Positions 10,452 through 20,465 of a stretch of DNA of 64,000 nucleotides are shown here, piece by piece. Under the pieces are notes generated by a model. That model did not search any database. It saw only the letters and a program-made list of their open reading frames with translations, and had not been told where the DNA came from. The stretch covers positions 14,661 through 78,660 of IMG/VR virus record IMGVR_UViG_3300036828_000547; one strand, 5' to 3'. The translations under genes were made by a program, and so were the position numbers. Numbering within the stretch: the first letter of the stretch is position 1; every line of letters begins with the position of its first letter. Source of the DNA: a virus.

Positions 10452-11833
10452 GATATTACAACATCAAAATTGACGGAGCACCGTCTGTATTCCCGGCTAG
10501 GTATGATGGAGGTGCGCAATGGGGAACTACATTGAATGGTGTGCATGATCCAAATGCACAACAAATTGATTTTCAATTAATAGCATGGGATTCAGGAGCA
10601 CCTACTGAAAATAGTGTTCTTACCGTTTATGGTGTTAGTTGGGATCAAATTAAAGCATGTAATCAATTAGTCGGTAAGCCGATTGCAGTTAATGGAGGAA
10701 TGTCAAGTCCTGGACTGCCTCTTGCTGAATTTCAGTCTCATAGACCTAAAAATTTGATATATGGTACAATTCTTAAGTGTTGGGGAAACTGGATTGGGAA
10801 TGAAACTTCTATTGGATTTGCCTTCTTACCTTCTGGAGCAGTCTCCGCTGGGAGTGATATCGGTGGAGGTGGTGGTGGAGGGGGAGGAAATGGTGGGGGA
10901 GATGGTGGTGCTGCTAGTCCCGGAGGACAGAGCTTTAGTGTAAATCGCTCTGGATTACGCTCAATAGATCGTAGGTCATTTTCCGTAGGTCGCCCTTCAG
11001 TTGATAATCGTGCTTTTTCTCCATTAGGTGTGGATCCATCAACCCTTGCACAACAGATAGGAGGGAAAATTATTTCTGATTTTGATATTGGTCCTGCAAC
11101 ATCACAAATTGGAGGTGTCATTAATTCATTTTTTGGTGGTGGTAACGTTTCTCCATTGTCTAAACCTTTGAATTTAATCCATAATATGATGCCAAATATA
11201 CCTTTGTCGAGCGCAATGCAAGAAACATTATCGAAAGCATTTCCTCATGCTGATCTCAATATAGCTATTTCTTCAGCGTTGAAATTAGGATATCAAGATG
11301 CAGGTATGTATCAATCTGTTGAACAATATATTGGATATATCAATAAGCTTAGTCAATCTATTTTTGGAACTAAATCATATCCTGGTGTTCATTTAAGTAC
11401 AATAGATAATAAACTAGACGTATGGGATGGATCCTCATCTATTGGTAGCGGTGATATTAATTATTTAGAGTTAATTGGGCAACCGACTTGGATAGAAGTA
11501 AATGTGGTGAATATTAAAGTTGTATTGCGAGGTGGATTTAGGGTTGGCATGGATCTTACATTACCTCAAACTGTGGTTAATTTCAGTGGACCAGATGCAT
11601 TTTCCGCAGCTCCTGACCAAAGATCACACATTTCACTTCCAGGTGTTTATAAGATTCGAAAAATCCTTCATGTTGGTGATTTCCGAAATCCAGATGGGGC
11701 AAATTGGAGCACTAATATAGAAGCATGGGGTAATGCTTCAGTAACCGGTGCTCAGGATTCTGAGCCACAACCACCACAGACTGAAACTGTGATTACAGTA
11801 CGTCCACCTCCAGGCGGATTCCCAGGTCATTAA
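10448..11833 (+). CDS. Baseplate hub-like protein
   Basis: 461 aa; C-terminal LIGQPTWI...G.Y.I..I.HVGDFR.P.G.NW.T pattern typical of myophage hub proteins. Confidence 0.55.
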   Translation: MRYYNIKIDGAPSVFPARYDGGAQWGTTLNGVHDPNAQQIDFQLIAWDSGAPTENSVLTVYGVSWDQIKACNQLVGKPIAVNGGMSSPGLPLAEFQSHRPKNLIYGTILKCWGNWIGNETSIGFAFLPSGAVSAGSDIGGGGGGGGGNGGGDGGAASPGGQSFSVNRSGLRSIDRRSFSVGRPSVDNRAFSPLGVDPSTLAQQIGGKIISDFDIGPATSQIGGVINSFFGGGNVSPLSKPLNLIHNMMPNIPLSSAMQETLSKAFPHADLNIAISSALKLGYQDAGMYQSVEQYIGYINKLSQSIFGTKSYPGVHLSTIDNKLDVWDGSSSIGSGDINYLELIGQPTWIEVNVVNIKVVLRGGFRVGMDLTLPQTVVNFSGPDAFSAAPDQRSHISLPGVYKIRKILHVGDFRNPDGANWSTNIEAWGNASVTGAQDSEPQPPQTETVITVRPPPGGFPGH

Positions 11834-13471
11834 ATGGCGAAGCAACCAAACTTAACGATTAATGTAAATTCGCAACAGTTTAAACAGTTTGCGACGCAGT
11901 TCAATGCGTTTTCTGGGCAGATCAAGAATATGAATGCTCAGTTTAGTCAGATTAATGCTTCTCTTAATAGATCAAACATACTAATTCGATCAGCTACAGC
12001 TTCAATGACTCCATTCTTATATGCCGCTAGGTCGGTTCATTCAGTAGTTTCAGGGATTACGAAGAAGTTGTTAAGTTGGGGAACGATTGTTGGTGGTGTT
12101 ACTGCTCTATTAGGGATGGGAGGTGGTCTGTTTGGTATTGAGCGACTCGCTGCTTCTATCATGGCAAAAAGGAGAATGACACTAGGTTTAGGTCAGGATT
12201 ATGGTCGGACCCAAGCAAGTATGATCTTTCGTCAAGGTATGACGGATTCACCCGGCAATGTAATGAAAAATATCCGGATGGGTATGGCCGGGTCTTCTGA
12301 TCAGATGACTGCTCTGATGGGCTTGGGAATCAATCCATTTGATCCTTCGACGCAAAAATTGAGTCCAGATGAACTTATGGATAAGATTGAAAAAAGAATT
12401 CCTGATATTCTGAATAGAGCTGGGAAGGGTAGAGAATTAATGATGGCTCAATCATATAAACTTGAGTCATTAGGTTATAGTCCAATGGACCTGTTGCGGA
12501 GGGCAACTCCAGAAGGACAAAAAGAAATTGAGGAAGAACGACAATTGAAAGAGAAATATGCGCCTTTAATGGTAATATCAAAGGCAGCACAAAAAGCATG
12601 GACTGAATTAGAATTACAGTTTCAAGCGGCTAAATCGCAGCTAGAATCAGTATTTGGTGAAAAGCTTGCTGACCTTGCTGAACCATTAAAGCATTTGAGT
12701 GAGGGATTCACACAACTGGTTCGTACGTTAATGCAATCTCCGGCAGTTCAAGCAGTGATAAAGCAATTAGCAGAGTGGATAGATACTCTTGCCAAAAAGA
12801 TGAAAGAGCTAACTGAAGATGATATTCAAAAGTTTATAACTAAGATAGAAACATTGCTTCCTACAATGGAGCAATTTAAGACTGCTATGAAAGACTTTGT
12901 GGAAGTTCTGCAAGCTGCTGTTTCTGTATTACGTTTTATTAAAGACTTAGTTCCAGGTGGGGGAACTATGGCGGGCGCTGCTCAGGCTACTGGAGCCGGA
13001 GCGGTGCATGGCTGGTTGGGTAAGCATCTTACCCCCTACGGAAAAGAACTTCTTGGCTTTGATTCTGGTATAAAAGGAAGTCCAACATCTGCTTCAGCAG
13101 CAACGGCTGGAGGAAATGTATTTAATGCTTTTGGTGGAAGAGGAGGAGGCTTTAGCGGTAGTAGTCCAGGATTAGCTTCTGGATTTGGTTGGCAACATAC
13201 ACTTTTTAATCAAGGTCTTGCTCCAGAGAGTGGGACTCTACCATCATCAATAGCTGGTCCTTGGTCTAGTGCTGCTTCTAAAATGGCTCCTCCAAAAACT
13301 AGTGGTGGTGATGGATCAATATTTGGTCCTGTTCCTGATGCAGCTAAAGGAGGAAAAGCCGTAGGACCATTATCTATGGATAACTGGCAAATGAATAGAA
13401 CAGCGAGTCTTGTTGTACGTAATGTTCCAGGAGCCAATATCTTTATGACCGCAGCGGGGATGACAGGATAA
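11834..13471 (+). CDS. Second tape-measure-like protein
   Basis: 545 aa, helical with a Gly-rich hydrophobic stretch; local similarity to 7743-10451 (YAPLMVISKAAQKAW vs YKPLMQITDKVRKSW). Confidence 0.55.
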   Translation: MAKQPNLTINVNSQQFKQFATQFNAFSGQIKNMNAQFSQINASLNRSNILIRSATASMTPFLYAARSVHSVVSGITKKLLSWGTIVGGVTALLGMGGGLFGIERLAASIMAKRRMTLGLGQDYGRTQASMIFRQGMTDSPGNVMKNIRMGMAGSSDQMTALMGLGINPFDPSTQKLSPDELMDKIEKRIPDILNRAGKGRELMMAQSYKLESLGYSPMDLLRRATPEGQKEIEEERQLKEKYAPLMVISKAAQKAWTELELQFQAAKSQLESVFGEKLADLAEPLKHLSEGFTQLVRTLMQSPAVQAVIKQLAEWIDTLAKKMKELTEDDIQKFITKIETLLPTMEQFKTAMKDFVEVLQAAVSVLRFIKDLVPGGGTMAGAAQATGAGAVHGWLGKHLTPYGKELLGFDSGIKGSPTSASAATAGGNVFNAFGGRGGGFSGSSPGLASGFGWQHTLFNQGLAPESGTLPSSIAGPWSSAASKMAPPKTSGGDGSIFGPVPDAAKGGKAVGPLSMDNWQMNRTASLVVRNVPGANIFMTAAGMTG

Positions 13472-14253
13472 TGCCTCCTCCTAATACAGCAATTCAATTA
13501 TCATACCAAGTGTGTCCGATCATTCTATCTGGTGGGGCAGCGGCTCAGATTCCTGGTGGCATGTTACCGATATTGAGTTTATTTTCTGGAGTGGGTGCTA
13601 ATTCAATAGGGCTTCCATTTGATATTGGTGACCTAGATGATGCTTTTGGTGCATTCAACGTTTTACCGGGAGGTATGCTAATAAATCAGCAGATTGCGAA
13701 ATATCCATTTGCTAATCAGTCAGTGGCGGCAAATGCGACTATTCGAGAACCATTGACCTTGTCTGTTATTATGGATGCTCCCATGCGAGGACCTTCTGCA
13801 TGGGCTTATAAACAAATGATAATGACAGCATTAAAGGCGACACTTGATAATCATAATAATCAAGGGGGAACCTATGTTGTCATCACTCCAGCTTATATGT
13901 ATACAGATTTAATTATGACTTCTTTAACTGATAACTCTCGTGGGAATAATTCACTACCACAGAATGCATGGCGCTTTGATTTTGAAAAACCGTTGGTTTC
14001 TTTAGCTGATCTCCAAGGTGCTCAAAATCAACTAATGTCTAAAATCTCAAATCAAGTACCAACTGGTGTAAATCAGTCAGGTATCCAAGTCGGAACGCCA
14101 GTTGCACAGCCACAGCTTCAGTTAGATCCAAGTGTAGGATTAGGGGCTAGTCTCTCAACTGGTTCTCCAACCGTGATGAATACAGCACAATCTTTTCTTA
14201 ATTATCCAGCACTTCAAAGTGGGGCTTCTTTCCCATTCAGTGGTATTTCATGA
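13471..14253 (+). CDS. Baseplate / tail-tube initiator-like protein
   Basis: Position after the tape measure; YPFANQSVAANA.I.EPL motif. Confidence 0.5.
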   Translation: MPPPNTAIQLSYQVCPIILSGGAAAQIPGGMLPILSLFSGVGANSIGLPFDIGDLDDAFGAFNVLPGGMLINQQIAKYPFANQSVAANATIREPLTLSVIMDAPMRGPSAWAYKQMIMTALKATLDNHNNQGGTYVVITPAYMYTDLIMTSLTDNSRGNNSLPQNAWRFDFEKPLVSLADLQGAQNQLMSKISNQVPTGVNQSGIQVGTPVAQPQLQLDPSVGLGASLSTGSPTVMNTAQSFLNYPALQSGASFPFSGIS

Positions 14254-14771
14254 CTACGGTTATTCCATTCCTGCCATCTAATTTAGTGGCTCCTAAATTT
14301 ATTGTGACGTTAGATGGGATTGATTATCAGACTGTAGTTACTTGGAACGTTGCTGCACAGAGATATTATGTCAATATTTATGGGTCAGATGGTACGTGGA
14401 TTGTAACAGTACCTCTTATTCAAACACCTCCAGCTCGTGGAATTGAAGCTGTTAGCTATGATAATTTACGAAGAGTTGTAACCGTGACGATGGTAGATCC
14501 ATCACAATGGCCGATTCCATTGTCTTCAGCCGGACTTTCGATACCTCCCGGCACAATCGTTGACTATACTCTAGACAATTTTGATCCACCTGTATTTAAT
14601 GCGACATGGAGATCACTGCATGTAAATGATACTACGTTTTCGTTTCCATTAGCTACTGATCCTGGTGAAGTGCTTATTGTTGGTTCTGTTTCTCGATTAA
14701 TGAATATGGTCGGAGGACTTTTTAATTCTACATTTGTCTATCGCAACGGAGCCTTTGAGGTAACACCATAA
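14250..14771 (+). CDS. Baseplate protein
   Basis: 173 aa; LDG..Y..V.WN....RYY.NIY pattern; position in the operon. Confidence 0.5.
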   Translation: MTTVIPFLPSNLVAPKFIVTLDGIDYQTVVTWNVAAQRYYVNIYGSDGTWIVTVPLIQTPPARGIEAVSYDNLRRVVTVTMVDPSQWPIPLSSAGLSIPPGTIVDYTLDNFDPPVFNATWRSLHVNDTTFSFPLATDPGEVLIVGSVSRLMNMVGGLFNSTFVYRNGAFEVTP

Positions 14772-15622
14772 TGGGACGCTACGACTCACATAAACATCCA
14801 TTCCACTATCAGATGAACCAATGGGCGTCTAAGAGGATAAACACGAATAGTGAACAGAGTGCTAAGTCTATTCCATGTCATGTTCAGAAAGTTGATAAAG
14901 ATTTTATTACTGTGGCATTCGAAACTCAGAATGGTATCTTTACTCCGCCGACTGTTAAGATTCCTCAATCGATGTCACAATATGGCCGTGATCCAACTCA
15001 AGTAGGAGATAAGGGATATGCGGTTCCTGGAGATTATTATCTTGGTGGTGTTACTGGCGACGCTGGCGGCAATACGAACTTTTATCCCCGTGGAAACCTC
15101 ACGACATTATCCTTCCAGCCGGTAAGTCATAAGCAAAATCCTAGCAGGGATTATGATCAAAATACACATATGGGTGGACCAAATGGCTGGACTGTTGGGC
15201 CATATCAAAAACAACAACAAGATCAACAAAGTCAACAAAATGGTGGCAGTCAAACAGGAACAGGGTCAACAAATTCATTTAGAGCTCAGCAAGAAAGACT
15301 GCATAGCAAAATGGTGAAAGCTGGGACACTCGCCACAAATGGAAGTAGCAGTAGCGGAAGCAGTGGGAGTGGAAGTAGTCAACAAGGTCAAAGTCAAGAT
15401 AGTGACAAAACACAGTTTAGTTTTGATAAGGATGGCAAGGCGGTAATGCAGAGTAAAGATGCGGATCATGTTATTACTGTAGATCAAAAGAACTCAAAAA
15501 TTACAATCAAAGTACCAACTGGTCATAAGATCTATGTTGGTGGTGATGGTTCAGAAGGTCAATATGCGCAGCTTACTACTGTGAAAGGTCCTGTCATTAA
15601 TGCTTTAGGGCGGATTGGCTAA
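14771..15622 (+). CDS. Baseplate central spike-like protein
   Basis: OB-fold-like N-terminus (PTQVGDKG), Ser/Gln/Gly linker, beta-rich C-terminus; position in the operon. Confidence 0.55.
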   Translation: MGRYDSHKHPFHYQMNQWASKRINTNSEQSAKSIPCHVQKVDKDFITVAFETQNGIFTPPTVKIPQSMSQYGRDPTQVGDKGYAVPGDYYLGGVTGDAGGNTNFYPRGNLTTLSFQPVSHKQNPSRDYDQNTHMGGPNGWTVGPYQKQQQDQQSQQNGGSQTGTGSTNSFRAQQERLHSKMVKAGTLATNGSSSSGSSGSGSSQQGQSQDSDKTQFSFDKDGKAVMQSKDADHVITVDQKNSKITIKVPTGHKIYVGGDGSEGQYAQLTTVKGPVINALGRIG

Positions 15623-16014
15623 TGCGAACTTATGGCCGTACCAGAGATGTTCTTACCGGTGCAAAGAAATGGTGGGTTGTCGTTACTGATAGTAATGGAT
15701 ACAATGATTCAGTTTGGGTCACTACTCTTGCTCAGGTGTGTAAATTGAACTTGGGTGAAAGTCCGTTTTTTGCTAATTATGGCATTCCGGCTCATCCTGC
15801 TGTTGTAACTCAAGTTTATCCTGATTTTTATATGGTTCGTACTCAACAACAATTCGTTGGTTTCTTTGCTTCATTAATGCTAACGAGGCAACTAAACGCT
15901 GAAGATGATGATAATAGACCTGCACCATCATATCTTATAAACGCACTCACGAACTACGGTTCCAGGATTGGTGTACGGACTGCTCCCGGCTATCCTCTCG
16001 ATCAACCTATCTGA
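15622..16014 (+). CDS. Baseplate wedge protein (gp25/gp46-like)
   Basis: 130 aa with L.LGESPFFANYGIP, just before the baseplate J-like gene. Confidence 0.55.
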   Translation: MRTYGRTRDVLTGAKKWWVVVTDSNGYNDSVWVTTLAQVCKLNLGESPFFANYGIPAHPAVVTQVYPDFYMVRTQQQFVGFFASLMLTRQLNAEDDDNRPAPSYLINALTNYGSRIGVRTAPGYPLDQPI

Positions 16015-16020
16015 GTCAAC

Positions 16021-17448
16021 ATGGCACTCTTACCTCTTATAATGACTGCACAGGGATTACAACCGGCAGCTCCGGCTGATTTGCGGGGAAGACTGATTAC
16101 ATTGGTTGCTGCTAGCAATCCAGACTATACAGCGAATTTGCCGGGGTCATTAATAGAAGATATATCGAGTACAGATGTCTTTGCTCTGGTTGTTAGTGAC
16201 AGTTTTCTTGTTGATTTAGTCAATTCTGTTACGCCTTATGCTGCAAATCCATACTTACTGAATCAACTTGGCATTCTGTATGGTGTTGATCGACAACCGA
16301 TCACTAATACTTCTGTTTATGTCGTATTTTCTGGTACTCCCGGCTATGTGATTGCGCAAGGGTTTGTTGTATCTGATGGAACTTATCAGTATGTTTGTCA
16401 GACTGGTGGTATAATTGGAGTTAGTGGAACTTCACTACCAATCTATTGTTTAGCAACTCAAGATGGTGCATGGCCTGTTCAAGCGAATACCGTTGTACAG
16501 ATGGCAACGTCAGTTCCAGCCAATGTTTCGCTTGTTGTAAATAATCCAGTGTCTGGTATTCCGTCTCAATCTGGTGAACCAATCAGTATCTATAGAGAAC
16601 GTTGTTTCACGGCTGGTTTAGCTTCATCCACAGGAATGGCTCGTTATTTAAAGACATTGGTGGGAAATATTCCCGGTGTACAGAGTCGTTTGATCTCTGT
16701 ACAAGAGCAAGAAGATTTAGAGGCATATACAATCATCGTAGGTGGAGGAGACCCATATCAAGTTGCGTATCAAATCTGGTGTTCAAATTTCTATACTCCA
16801 GGTTTAACTGGAGCAGTTATTCGTGTTTCAGGAATTTCAAATACCAACCCTGTGAGAATTACCACAGCAGATAATCATAATTTGTCAACAGGAAATATTG
16901 AAGTTGTATCTGGAAATGTTGGATTTCCTTATATTAATAATCAACCATATCCTATTACTGTAACGGGACTAAAAACCTTTACCATTCCAGTTGATGGTAC
17001 ACAGTATGGAACATGGCAATATGGTGGCGTGGTAACTCCTAATCCTATAAACGAACTTGTTACTGTTTCTGATTATCCAGATGGATTTAGTATCCCATTT
17101 GTAATCCCTCCTCAAGAAACTGTAAATATTATTGCGACTTGGGTAACAGATTCACCAAACTATGTATCTGCCGCAGCTATCGCACAAGCTGCATCCCCGG
17201 CTATTATTGATTATATCAATAGCTTACCGGCTGGGACTACTCCAATTAATCTCAATGTGCTGAATGAAGTTTTTCTTGATTCTATTGCCAATATTCTTGC
17301 TGGTGAATTGGTTATTGATATTTCATGGACTATTTCTATTAGTGGAGTTGGAGCACTTCCACAATCTGGTACTCAAGTTATCTATGGAGATAGATATAGT
17401 TACTTCTATACAGATACTTCGCAGGTCTCAGTTATTCAGGGTCTGTAA
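16021..17448 (+). CDS. Baseplate J-like protein
   Basis: 475 aa; N-terminal LPGSLIEDI...N...A...L..LG..YG and ES...YR.R-like features. Confidence 0.7.
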   Translation: MALLPLIMTAQGLQPAAPADLRGRLITLVAASNPDYTANLPGSLIEDISSTDVFALVVSDSFLVDLVNSVTPYAANPYLLNQLGILYGVDRQPITNTSVYVVFSGTPGYVIAQGFVVSDGTYQYVCQTGGIIGVSGTSLPIYCLATQDGAWPVQANTVVQMATSVPANVSLVVNNPVSGIPSQSGEPISIYRERCFTAGLASSTGMARYLKTLVGNIPGVQSRLISVQEQEDLEAYTIIVGGGDPYQVAYQIWCSNFYTPGLTGAVIRVSGISNTNPVRITTADNHNLSTGNIEVVSGNVGFPYINNQPYPITVTGLKTFTIPVDGTQYGTWQYGGVVTPNPINELVTVSDYPDGFSIPFVIPPQETVNIIATWVTDSPNYVSAAAIAQAASPAIIDYINSLPAGTTPINLNVLNEVFLDSIANILAGELVIDISWTISISGVGALPQSGTQVIYGDRYSYFYTDTSQVSVIQGL

Positions 17449-18692
17449 TGTTTATTCTTAAACCAGCACTCTTTACTCAAGTTAGTGTTGGTGGGCAATC
17501 TGTACAGATTGCTGATACTACGATGGGTGCTAAAGGAGGGTTAATTATTAATCCTCTTAATCCTCAAGATCAAGGATTAGCGGTTTCTGAGTCATTGTGG
17601 GTTAATCTTTTAGGATCTGCTGTTACGGCGGCTGTTAATGGAACAGTTGAAGTTCTTCCCGGTCAAACATTTCTTGTTCCACCTAATGTGAATGTTTGGG
17701 TCACAGCAGTAACTTCAGGTCATCAATTTTCAGCATATTTCTCCTCGAATTATTCAGTCCCATTTCCTCCAGGTATAGTTCCCGGTCAGCCAGGAAGTGG
17801 GACCGGGGCCACCTTGGGTGGATTTACAGGAGGACAACCATTTCCTCCGAGTGATGTGACAGGATTGAAGAAAACAATCCCATCATATCTGTATCAAGAA
17901 TATAGTGATGATGATGATTGTCAAGGTTTCGTAGATGCACAGAATCAATGTCAAGACGACTATGTCGATACATTCAATGCGTTAAATCTACCAATCTATC
18001 CTGGTCCTATTGTTTCTGAGAAATTGCTTGATTGGGTAGGAACAGGTTTATATGGGATGGCTCGTCCAGCACTTAGTTCTGGTCGGCCGGTGCTTATGGG
18101 TCCACTTAATACGTGGGGTCCAAATTGGATATTCCCACAGTGGGGCATGGCACCTTCAAATCAGGCAGTATTCTTTGGTTTGAATGAACTACAATTCTTG
18201 AGTCCCGGTGATATCGTTATAACAGATGATGATTTGTACCGTCGTATTCTTACATGGCATCTGTACAAGGGGGATGGCAATTATTTCAATATTCGATGGA
18301 TGAAGCGACGTATCTGGCGATTCCTCTATGGAGTAAATGGAACAGCTCCAGAAGTAGTTCCGCCCGGTACAGGTGATTCTTCAATTGCAGATACTGAGCA
18401 AATTAGTCTAAGTTTAGGTGTTGACCAGAATGTTACAATTCGATTTGTTCTAGGACATAGGAAGGTTACTGGTGGGTCATTACTCAATGCATTTGGATGC
18501 AATGGGTTTGAGCCTGCAATCGCTAAAACTCCACCATGGGATATAGGGGTTGCTTCAATCACGTTAAATGATTTAGAAACGACGTATGTCCCTTATCTAC
18601 CGCTTCCTTATATGTCGACGTTTAAAGAAGCGTTGGATTCTGGGGTCTTAGAAGTTCCGTATCAATTCAACTTCACTTGTCATGTTGGATAG
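17448..18692 (+). CDS. Baseplate wedge (gpI / DUF2612-like) protein
   Basis: LLDWVG..LYG..R and DDDLYRRILTW motifs; follows the J-like gene. Confidence 0.6.
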   Translation: MFILKPALFTQVSVGGQSVQIADTTMGAKGGLIINPLNPQDQGLAVSESLWVNLLGSAVTAAVNGTVEVLPGQTFLVPPNVNVWVTAVTSGHQFSAYFSSNYSVPFPPGIVPGQPGSGTGATLGGFTGGQPFPPSDVTGLKKTIPSYLYQEYSDDDDCQGFVDAQNQCQDDYVDTFNALNLPIYPGPIVSEKLLDWVGTGLYGMARPALSSGRPVLMGPLNTWGPNWIFPQWGMAPSNQAVFFGLNELQFLSPGDIVITDDDLYRRILTWHLYKGDGNYFNIRWMKRRIWRFLYGVNGTAPEVVPPGTGDSSIADTEQISLSLGVDQNVTIRFVLGHRKVTGGSLLNAFGCNGFEPAIAKTPPWDIGVASITLNDLETTYVPYLPLPYMSTFKEALDSGVLEVPYQFNFTCHVG

Positions 18693-18701
18693 GGCGTCAA
18701 A

Positions 18702-20144
18702 ATGACCATTCTCTGGAGCAATAACGCCTCTACCACGGTATCAGGCACAATTACGGCTGCAAGTACATCTGTTCAACTTGCTGCTGGCACGGGAGTCTTG
18801 TTCCCTAATCCAACAGGAGGAAACTATTACGTCGCAACTTTCTATGATCAGGCAACTAAGACTGTAAACGAAATTGTGCATGTCACAGCTATGGCGGGGG
18901 ATGTTGCGACCCTTGTGCGTGCTCAAGAAGGAACTACTGCAAGAGTCTGGAATGCTGGTGATATATTTGCCAATTTGGTGACTGCTGGAACGTTGAATGC
19001 TTTTGTTCAGGCTGGAGTTGGTCCTGCAAATACGGCTCAGGTTTATGTCGGTACAGACGTTTCAGCAACTCCGGGAACAATCATTTGTCCTACGAATCCT
19101 GTGCCAGCGTCACTTGCAGTTGGAATGCTTTTTGATATTAAGGTCGCCAATCTAAATCCTGGGCCTGTTTTATTGCAATTCAATGGTAATGCAGGAATTG
19201 CAGCGGTACGAACCGATGGCTCTGCTATGGTCGGTGGCAATCTGGTTGCCGGTGAAAATTATTTGTTCTTATATAATGGAGTGAATTTCACTTCTACAAT
19301 TCCACCAATTCCTCTACAACCACCAGTGACTACATTTTATGTTAGACCGGATGGTAATGATAATAATAGTGGATTTGCGAATACTCCTACAAGTGCCTTC
19401 TTAACTATTTCTGGAGCAATGTATTCAATCAAATCTCGATATATATCTCAAAGTACAATCACTATTCGTGTTGCTGATGGTACTTACCTTGATAGCCCTG
19501 CTGAGAGTCAAAGTTACATTGCTTCTTGGGCGATTATTGGTAATACAGCTAATCCTGGCAATGTTGTTATCAATGCAACATCAGTTAGCCAAGCAGCGTA
19601 TCCTCCCCATGCAAGTATTGCTCGTGGAATTAATGCACAACAAACGGCAAATATCTCTATAAGTGGGTTTACTTTTCAATCTTATCTTGAAAACGCAGTG
19701 GCGGATGGTGGTGGTGTTCTTTACATCACTAATTGTAATTTCACAGCATCGACTTCTGGAACAGGAGCGCCAATTATTGCAAATTCTGGAGGTAAACTTT
19801 CTCTTTTTGGAAATTGTCAATATAGTGGTGCAACACCGATGCAATCTATATTTAATTGTGGTAGTGGATCAAATATGGGCTTCGGATATGATGATGGTAT
19901 CAATAGTGTCCCTCTTACATTTAATATCGCAGGAACTCCTCCGATTACTCTCGCCACAGTACTTGCTACTGAAGCAGGAGTTGTGACAATCTTTGAAACA
20001 GTTACCTCTTTTACCGGAGGAGTTCCTGCGTGTCACCAATATGAATGTACGACAGGTGGTGGTATCGGCTTTACTACTGGTGTCACTACAATATTCCCTG
20101 GAACATTGCCAGGAGTTGTAACATCCCCTGGATGGATCGCTTAA
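18702..20144 (+). CDS. Tail fibre protein
   Basis: N-terminal NNAST...RAQEGT.AR.W attachment region; YVRPDGNDNNSG motif; beta-helix-like C-terminus. Confidence 0.7.
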   Translation: MTILWSNNASTTVSGTITAASTSVQLAAGTGVLFPNPTGGNYYVATFYDQATKTVNEIVHVTAMAGDVATLVRAQEGTTARVWNAGDIFANLVTAGTLNAFVQAGVGPANTAQVYVGTDVSATPGTIICPTNPVPASLAVGMLFDIKVANLNPGPVLLQFNGNAGIAAVRTDGSAMVGGNLVAGENYLFLYNGVNFTSTIPPIPLQPPVTTFYVRPDGNDNNSGFANTPTSAFLTISGAMYSIKSRYISQSTITIRVADGTYLDSPAESQSYIASWAIIGNTANPGNVVINATSVSQAAYPPHASIARGINAQQTANISISGFTFQSYLENAVADGGGVLYITNCNFTASTSGTGAPIIANSGGKLSLFGNCQYSGATPMQSIFNCGSGSNMGFGYDDGINSVPLTFNIAGTPPITLATVLATEAGVVTIFETVTSFTGGVPACHQYECTTGGGIGFTTGVTTIFPGTLPGVVTSPGWIA

Positions 20145-20156
20145 GGAGTATACGCA

Positions 20157-20465
20157 ATGGCTACGACTCCAGTTGTTGGACTTGCAACGCAAACCTCTCC
20201 TACTGCTGGTATTCCGGTTAATGCTATATCTGCTAACCAGAGTGGTGGATATATTGTCAATCCCTTGCTTGCCGCAGATCAAGGACTTGCGTCGGCTGAG
20301 CCATTATATGTCAATCAGGTCGGTGCGGCTGTTGTCGTTGCTAATGGAACAACCATAGCTCTACAACCGGGGCAATCGTATACAGTAATCCCACAAACCA
20401 CAACTCCTGTCAGTGTTGCTTCTTCTAGTCCCAACCATAAATTCACGGCGGTGATGTGGCCATGA
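20157..20465 (+). CDS. Small virion protein; stand-alone copy of a shared structural module
   Basis: 102 aa, GGYIVNPL...DQGL..AE.L.V; TAAGGAG RBS. Confidence 0.6.
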   Translation: MATTPVVGLATQTSPTAGIPVNAISANQSGGYIVNPLLAADQGLASAEPLYVNQVGAAVVVANGTTIALQPGQSYTVIPQTTTPVSVASSSPNHKFTAVMWP

